A stretch of DNA of 29,925 nucleotides from Ginkgo biloba (taxonomy: Eukaryota > Plantae > Ginkgophyta): the NCBI GenBank assembly GCA_024626585.2, contig JANKJI020000004.1, positions 173,878,275 through 173,908,199 of the forward strand, given 5' to 3'. Within the stretch, counting starts at the first letter, position 1. Each line of letters starts with the position of its first letter. The position numbers and the translations under genes are program-made. The notes below the pieces were generated by a model that made no database searches, was not told where the DNA came from, and saw only the letters and a program-made list of their open reading frames with translations. This document shows positions 24,801-29,925 of the stretch, in pieces.

Positions 24801-26467
24801 GATATCTCAGCTTGAAGAATAATTATATAGGCGAGAAGGATAATTATATAAGTGAGGAGTGATCTTGTCGATAATAAAATNNNNNNNNNNNNNNNNNNNN
24901 NNNNNNNNNNNNNNNNNNNNNNNNNNNNNNNNNNNNNNNNNNNNNNNNNNNNNNNNNNNNNNNNNNNNNNNNNNNNNNNNTAATGCCATGGCCATGGGTT
25001 TCCCAATCGAGCAGAAGAGAAACTCCAAACGGCTCTTAAAACCAAAGAAGGCTTGAGATAGAGAGAGTGAATAATCAAATCTGAATACTTTTTTATAATT
25101 CTTTTCCATCACTTTTTTAGAGAAGAATGCATTACACAAATGAGTACAAGAGAGAATAATTAATTATAAAAAATGGATTTCAAGAAATTCTAATTTTAGA
25201 ATGAATTATTGCCAAAGTGTGGAAAATAACTCCCCATGCATAGTATTCAAAATAATATGGAGACAACCAAGATTGTTCCATGTGTAAGCTGAATTTTGGT
25301 TGGATCAGAAGATTTAAAGCACCTGTTTTGGTAAGCACTGGGGCATCCATAGGTTGGAACACTGCAAAGATCTAGCTAAGTGGAAGAGAAACTCCAAAAG
25401 GGCTCTCAAAGCCAAAGAAGGCCCGAGATAGAGAGTGTATAATCAAATCTGAATACATTTTTATAATTCTTCTTCATCAGATTTTTAGAGAAGAATACGT
25501 TACACAAATGAGTACAAGAGAGAATAAATGGTTATAAAAAATGGATTTCAAGAAATTCTAATTTTAGAATGAATTATTGCCAAGTGTGCAAAATAACTCG
25601 TGCACAGTATTCAAAATAATATTGAGACAACCAAGATTGTTCCACGTGTAAGTTGAACTTTGGTTAGATCAGAAGGTTTAAAATACATGGGGCATCCATA
25701 GGCTAGAATACTTCAATGATTTTAAATGTCCTCCTTAGATTGTACTTTTTTGTAATATTCCTGGATATTTTGAATTCTGTGATTCTTAATTAGCTTGTTT
25801 TCAAGTCAATTACATTGTTGTTTCAGCAATTCGCAGTTCGTGTGGCCCAAATACAGTTTTCCTTTTCCCCCGAATAAAAAGCAGTTCAGATTAATAGTTA
25901 CACTGTGCTTGGCTGAAACGTCTAATTTGCAGGTACATGCAAGCTGTGGTTGATGAGATAGTTCTCAAACATATAAATTCATTGAAGGTAGGTTGAAACA
26001 TTTTCTGTTGAAAAATATTTGATTTCTATCTTCTTGTTTGTTTATTTGAGAAATATGTGATCTGACATATATAAACATTGTCAGGATCCAAGGTACTGGA
26101 ATCTGCAAAATCTTTTGGAGGAATTTCATGAGATTACGAATAAAGTATTCATTGGTACTTTTCTTTTCTATTATTTTGACTTAAACAGTTCTGCTAATTA
26201 ATGAATTTATAGAAAGATCTTTTATCAGATCATCATGCAGCCTTTTGTCACATATCTGTAAAAGACAATCAATTTTGTTGTAATGACCACCCGCCAAAAA
26301 TTAAATACATTTGCAGATAATTTTGCTGGTGTAACTGAAGAAACACTTGTGACTTCTCTACAACAACTTCATCAAATGCAAATTAGAGAACTTGACACCT
26401 TTGGCATTCCAAACCTACCAGCACCTCCAGATGCATTCAAAGGAATCCGTGGAAAGGCCTTTTCTTT
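3790..26467 (+). CDS. SECA2: Plastid protein translocase subunit SecA2, partial multi-exon gene (central/C-terminal part); visible exons 3790-3868, 4002-4115, 4417-4512, 4621-4684, 10715-10770, 25933-25987, 26085-26154, 26317->26467
   Basis: Spliced translation gives SecA hallmark motifs [30 protein letters not shown] and [16 protein letters not shown], plus segments I recognise as plant SecA2-type ([30 protein letters not shown]). Exon phases are consistent within clusters. The 5' exons, some middle exons and the 3' exons are not visible. Confidence 0.93.
4002..4115 (+). CDS. SECA2: SecA2 exon [38 protein letters not shown]
   Basis: aacag acceptor ending 4001; [11 protein letters not shown] motif; 114 nt; ends at GAG|GCATGT (GC donor needed for frame). 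Confidence 0.93.
4417..4512 (+). CDS. SECA2: SecA2 exon [32 protein letters not shown]
   Basis: tgcag acceptor ending 4416; resembles plant SecA2 MLAxEIIEDS; 96 nt; ends at TTG|GCAAGT (GC donor). Confidence 0.88.
4621..4684 (+). CDS. SECA2: SecA2 exon [21 protein letters not shown]
   Basis: ttctgtttag acceptor ending 4620; G|gtcgat donor; resembles plant SecA2 LSKIKxxPSSLA. Confidence 0.85.
6918..7292 (+). mobile_element. Degenerate repeat, probably L1-type LINE ORF1 C-terminus / ORF2 start
   Basis: The ORF aligns at protein level with 26568-27022 ([12 protein letters not shown]...[11 protein letters not shown] vs ELNYEANMLILK...DGGILKRPKIA). ISLNLRCLG just after the stop resembles the L1 endonuclease start motif IxSxNxRGLG. 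Confidence 0.5.
7943..8085. repeat. Imperfect tandem repeat, period 85 bp (~1.7 copies)
   Basis: cttgcaaggccacttcctttctactcaagcaatttca...caaaatgcaa at 7943 recurs as cttggaaggctacttcctttttgctcaagcaatttca...caaaatgcaa at 8028. Confidence 0.7.
8220..8390 (+). mobile_element. L1 LINE ORF1 (DUF4283-like) fragment
   Basis: [31 protein letters not shown] matches the plant L1 ORF1 pattern W-x-P-x-F...WVxLxGLP. Confidence 0.7.
8520..8652 (+). mobile_element. Ty3/gypsy integrase C-terminal (GPF region) fragment
   Basis: [20 protein letters not shown]...CCGPFQ. Confidence 0.75.
8683..8840. repeat. Degenerate AT-rich minisatellite (~17-19 bp units, aaaatagaaattttttc-like)
   Basis: Repeated alternating A-runs and T-runs. 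Confidence 0.6.
8884..9113 (+). mobile_element. Ty3/gypsy RT C-terminus/connection fragment
   Basis: [21 protein letters not shown]...[30 protein letters not shown], with frameshifts. Confidence 0.82.
9115..9486 (+). mobile_element. LTR-like segment
   Basis: Starts TG and ends GGTTACA; internal TATAAA and AATAAA; abuts the RT fragment; no TSD found. Confidence 0.35.
9694..9862 (+). mobile_element. Ty1/copia aspartic protease fragment
   Basis: [24 protein letters not shown]...[17 protein letters not shown] (WILDSGASxH-type motif). Confidence 0.8.
10715..10770 (+). CDS. SECA2: SecA2 exon [18 protein letters not shown](S)
   Basis: ttgttgcag acceptor, AG|gtattg donor; SecA helicase motif VI region [10 protein letters not shown]. 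Confidence 0.93.
12170..14067 (+). mobile_element. Degenerate Ty3/gypsy gag-pol (gag, zinc knuckle, protease, RT, RNase H), internally deleted
   Basis: Gag: [32 protein letters not shown]. Protease: [15 protein letters not shown]: [27 protein letters not shown]. RNase H: [26 protein letters not shown]. Many stops and frameshifts. Confidence 0.92.
14070..14440. repeat. Subrepeat-rich segment (many gtcaaa motifs plus a ~29-bp tandem pair), possibly a DNA-transposon subterminal region
   Basis: Repeated (a/g)gtcaaa; gatttttaggtagatgttaaggaaatgca followed by gatttttaggcagattttaaggaagcaca. Confidence 0.35.
16943..17450 (-). mobile_element. L1 LINE ORF1 (DUF4283-like) fragment
   Basis: KSLIGKI...KGKDFFKI...GPRFC...[20 protein letters not shown]...[11 protein letters not shown]...LDY, frameshifted. 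Confidence 0.75.
18384..18580 (+). mobile_element. Ty1/copia integrase core fragment
   Basis: [26 protein letters not shown]...[16 protein letters not shown]. Confidence 0.9.
19459..19882 (+). mobile_element. 5' LTR (~410 bp) with tRNA-iMet primer-binding site
   Basis: TGTAA (19459)...TTACA (19868) inverted termini; TGGTATCAGAGC at 19871-19882; internal TATATAAA. Confidence 0.75.
21158..21407 (+). mobile_element. Short copia-like 5' LTR (~233 bp) with tRNA-iMet PBS
   Basis: TGTTAGA (21158)...TCTAATA (21390; TCTAACA with a C>T change); TGGTATCAGAG at 21397-21407. Confidence 0.6.
24260..24432. repeat. Tandem repeat, ~60-bp period built from ~26/34-bp subunits
   Basis: tgggtaggtgactggcttactca(t/c)tggcaac(c/t)agtcggtag at 24301 and 24360; partial copies at about 24260 and 24420. 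Confidence 0.8.
25014..25720. repeat. Tandem duplication, period ~369 bp (two diverged copies)
   Basis: gaagagaaactccaaa...tggggcatccatagg at 25014 and 25383; long identical blocks separated by substitutions and small indels. Confidence 0.9.
25933..25987 (+). CDS. SECA2: SecA2 exon (Q)[18 protein letters not shown]
   Basis: tttgcag acceptor, AAG|gtaggt donor; 55 nt; plant SecA2-type [10 protein letters not shown]. Confidence 0.88.
26085..26154 (+). CDS. SECA2: SecA2 exon [23 protein letters not shown]
   Basis: ttgtcag acceptor, G|gtactt donor; 70 nt; phase-compatible with both neighbours. Confidence 0.85.
26317..26467 (+). CDS. SECA2: SecA2 exon (D)[18 protein letters not shown]...[19 protein letters not shown], truncated by assembly gap
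   Basis: tttgcag acceptor ending 26316; phase-1 join to the previous exon; runs open into the 100-N gap at 26468. Confidence 0.88.
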
Positions 26468-26567
26468 NNNNNNNNNNNNNNNNNNNNNNNNNNNNNNNNN
26501 NNNNNNNNNNNNNNNNNNNNNNNNNNNNNNNNNNNNNNNNNNNNNNNNNNNNNNNNNNNNNNNNNNN

Positions 26568-27022
26568 AGTGTCCATATTGTTACAACCCAAGCAACCTTG
26601 GTCAAAGCACAGTCAATGGCCAAGTCAACTGAGAAGAATGGAGGTTTAGACGCATTAAATAGGCCTCTTAAAGTCAAACGGCCCTTATCTATTAAGGATG
26701 GCTCTAAAAGAGCCCTCGGGGGTTTGGCGCCATGGCCGCGACTTTGGGTTGATACCCACTGGACCGAGGTTCCATTCCCCTCGATTTACNNNNNNNNNNT
26801 AGTGAGGGGCCACTTGCCCGCGGCTAGGGGTATAGGGGTAGGCCCGGGTCGAACCCTTGTCTTGGGTGAGAAAACCATCTTCACATACTGATTCCTCTAA
26901 TCCAAAGAAAAAAAAAGGATGGCTCTAAAAGAGAGCTTAATTATGAAGCAAACATGTTAATTTTGAAGATGTCAGCTAATTATGATGGTGGGATCCTTAA
27001 GAGACCCAAAAATAGCTAAAGG
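26568..27022 (+). mobile_element. Degenerate repeat (probable LINE ORF1 C-terminus) interrupted by the SINE; homologous to 6918-7253
   Basis: Removing the SINE and one TSD copy restores LDALNRPLKVKRPLSIKDGSKRELNYEANMLILKMSANYDGGILKRPKIAK. Confidence 0.55.
26713..26914 (+). mobile_element. tRNA-derived SINE (~200 bp) with 19-bp target-site duplication
   Basis: TSD aaggatggctctaaaagag at 26694-26712 and 26915-26933; Pol III box A TGGCGCCATGG (26725-26735); box B GGTTCCATTCC (26768-26778); GC-rich body; A-rich tail. Confidence 0.9.
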
Positions 27023-27059
27023 ACTTATTTGCCCATTATAGAGTACTTGGTGGAATGGA

Positions 27060-29501
27060 AGCTTGTCTCATGATCTTTAGTGGACTTATTTGACCATTCC
27101 ACCAACCAATCTATAATGTTTCTATTCCGCATCCTTCTAGTTTTTTCATCGAATATAGCAATTAGATCATGTGCCTCTTGCTTAAATTCTTTTACATCAA
27201 TAAAGGTAGGCAACACATTATCATAGTTGGAAAGAGCTTTCTTTAGAAAAATCACGTGGAAAACTAGGTGCATTTTAATATTTGCTAGCAACTAAAGTTT
27301 GTTGATTGCTTCATTAATCTTCTCCAACAGTTGGAATGGTCCACAATAACAAGTTGAGATCTTAGCACACCATCTTATATATAAGGAACTATTGAAATTA
27401 ACCTGAGATACACCATATCTCTCACCTCAGAAGATCTCAACAATCTATGTTGATCTACATACAACTTACTATGTGATTGTGCCCTCTCAATGTTCTTTTG
27501 GAATTCCCTTATCTCTTCTTGCATTAGTTCAAATCTATCTCGATGGCAATTAAAAGTCTCACAAATGTGCATTGACTTGAAAGGTGTCATGCCTATAGGT
27601 GAATGTTTACTATTGTTATATGCAAATTCCACATATGGAAGCTTTTCTCTCAGCTACCATAGTTGATTTCAACATGTCTTCCATTATTTGGTTGACCCTC
27701 TCAATTTGAGCATCTATTTAAGGGAGATTGTTGTTGTTGAACTCCATCTTTGTACCCAATGCATGAAACAACTCTATCCTTAGGTGGCTAGTGAACTTAG
27801 CATCTTGATCACTCGTTATGATTTTTATTACCCAATATTTTGTAAAAAAATTTGCAGTCAAAATTTCTACAATATCTTTCCCTATATGAGTCATTCTACA
27901 AGGGATGAATCCTTGCCATCTTTGTGAGTCGATCCACTACCATCAAAATTCCATCATACTACCATTGTTTTCTTTGTAGAGATGTCACAAAATGCAGGGA
28001 AATGCTCTCCCATTTACCCTCAAGAATGGACAATGGCATCAACAACCGTATTGGTTGCTCTATTTCTACCTTCTCTACTTGGCATAACTTGCATGTCCTC
28101 ACCTAATCACCTATCGCCTTTTTTATATTCTTCCAATAAACATACTTCTTGGTGCCGTGGTAAGTCTTATCCCTACCCATATGACTTGCAAACGAATTGT
28201 CATGAACCTCATACAAAGTCTTGTACTTCAATTGGGCAACGTCAAGGATGACCACACGAACTTCATACCAAGGTATACTTTCCTTGCATTGCATGTTTTC
28301 GAGATCCTCCCTATTGTCCAAAGCTTGCTTCACCTCTTGGCAGCATTTATCATGCTCTTGTGCTTCTTGAATCTCGTTCCTCAAGGACCCTTGCACAATT
28401 GTCACATTATTTTCCTATGGCATCCTTGACAAGGCATTGGCCACAATGTTCTCCTTCCCTACTCTAAAGGTCAACTTAGGCCTATACTCCTCAAAGATCA
28501 TGGCCCACCTATACTATCCCAATCCCAACTCTGCCTTGAGAGGAAACGACAACAATGGTTTATAATTAGTCATTACCTCGAATTCATTGTTCTTCAAGTT
28601 GTGACTCCACATTTTGAATGCATGAATGGTCCAAAAGCTCTTGATCATAAATAGGGTACCTCTATTCAACTTCATTCATTTTGTGGCTTTCATAAGCCAC
28701 CACCTTACCATCTTTAATCAAAACAACTCCAATAGCTACTCGACTTGCATTACTGAAGATGGTAAAAAATCTTGCAACATCTAATAGCCTCAACACTAGT
28801 GCCTCGATCAACTTTTACTTTAAAATTTCAAAGTTGTCTTGGCATTTATCTGTCTGCTTGAATTTCTTGGTCTTTTTAAGCAATTCAATCAAAGGTGCTT
28901 CTACCTTAAAGAAATTTAACACAATTCTTATATAAAATCTAGTCAAGTTGATGAAGCACCTTACCTTGTGTATGCTCAACAAACTTTTGGAATCAGAAAC
29001 CACGTTAACCTTCTTGGAATCCAGAGATATGCCCTCTACCAAGACAATACGACCTAGATACTCAACCTTCTCTTAGTAGAAGTCACATATATATAGCTTA
29101 GCATATAACTTCTCCCTTCTTAGTACGGACAAAACCAATCATAGATGCTCTCTATGCTATTTACTTTTGTTAAAGATTACGATATCATCTAGAAACATTA
29201 CCACAAATTTCCCCAAATAAGGCTTGAGAATAATATACATCAATCTCATAAATGTGCCTGGAGCATTAGTCAATCCAAAGGGCATAATCAAATATTCATA
29301 ATGTCCATCCCTTGTGGTGAAAGTTATCTTCTCCACATCTGTAGGGTATATATGGATCTAATGATGGCCACTCCTCAAATCAATCTTGGAGAAAACTATG
29401 GCTCCCTTCATAGTGTCCAAAATGTCATATATCTTGGGAAATGGGTGCTTATTCTTAATGGTAACTTTATTTAAAGTGTGATATTCCACACACAAATGCA
29501 T
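27060..29501 (-). mobile_element. Degenerate Ty3/gypsy chromovirus pol (RT, RNase H, integrase, chromodomain)
   Basis: RT: [44 protein letters not shown]. Integrase: HDNSFASHMGRDKTY, EFAYNNSKHSPIGMTPF, HLVFHV. Chromodomain-like: RRMRNRNIIDWLVEWSN. No LTRs retained. Confidence 0.92.
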
Positions 29502-29925
29502 GGATTGTTACCATCTAGAAAAGTCAAGTCAATAGTGCCTTAGTAACCATGTCTAAACTAAAGGTTCTTTTGGAGGCAAGCACACGTGTACTATAGTTGT
29601 TGGTTAGTGCTCCACAAGGGTTATGATGAGAAGGAAAGGAAAGATGAATTTACCTCAGGAGAAGTGCTAGTTAGGGGCGCCTTCTCTTATGGAGTAAACT
29701 TAGCCTTGGAGTTAACCACTAAGGGTCCCGTGGGGCATTGGACAGCTTCAAGGACAAGCCAAGGTCTTATGTGGAGGAATGTTTCCTTTATTTAATATTT
29801 AAAGGGGTCATCTTTGGCTTAGATTCCCTTAGCACATTTTGATATTCTTTCTCTATCAGTGCATCTTTACTCTAAAGTTTTTGTTGTGACCCAAAAATGG
29901 GGACAACTAAAATAATATTTATTAA

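Noticed and set aside
26713-26785. tRNA gene
   Set aside because: Box A/B are present but the cloverleaf is incomplete; the TSD and A tail identify a SINE head
26283-26891. 202-aa ORF in the ORF track
   Set aside because: Artificial read-through of intron end, SecA2 exon, N gap, repeat and SINE
29882-29907. Small hairpin tgttgtgaccc-aaaaat-ggggacaac as terminator or LTR terminus
   Set aside because: Too short, at the window edge, with no partner terminus visible

Overview
Eukaryotic, AT-rich land-plant nuclear DNA from a large, TE-rich genome (gymnosperm- or fern-like; the taxon is an inference) in a fragmented assembly with ten 100-N joins plus several sized gaps. The one host gene is a + strand plastid SecA2 translocase. 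Eight visible exons span 3790-26467 in three clusters, in the correct order. Two consecutive introns need GC donors, and one exon probably lies hidden in the 271-N gap at 4844-5114. The sequence between and around the exon clusters is a patchwork of decayed Ty3/gypsy (chromovirus-type), Ty1/copia and L1-LINE fragments, LTR+PBS remnants and tandem repeats. It also holds a tRNA-derived SINE with a perfect 19-bp target-site duplication (26713-26914). At 1243-1977 two stop-free host-gene fragments sit back to back: a tyrosine-aminotransferase-family exon on - and an apparently intron-less CCCH zinc-finger fragment on +. I found no convincing new multi-gene system. The best leads are the twin GC-AG introns, the SINE and the gene-fragment chimera. 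Family assignments come from remembered motifs, not database searches.
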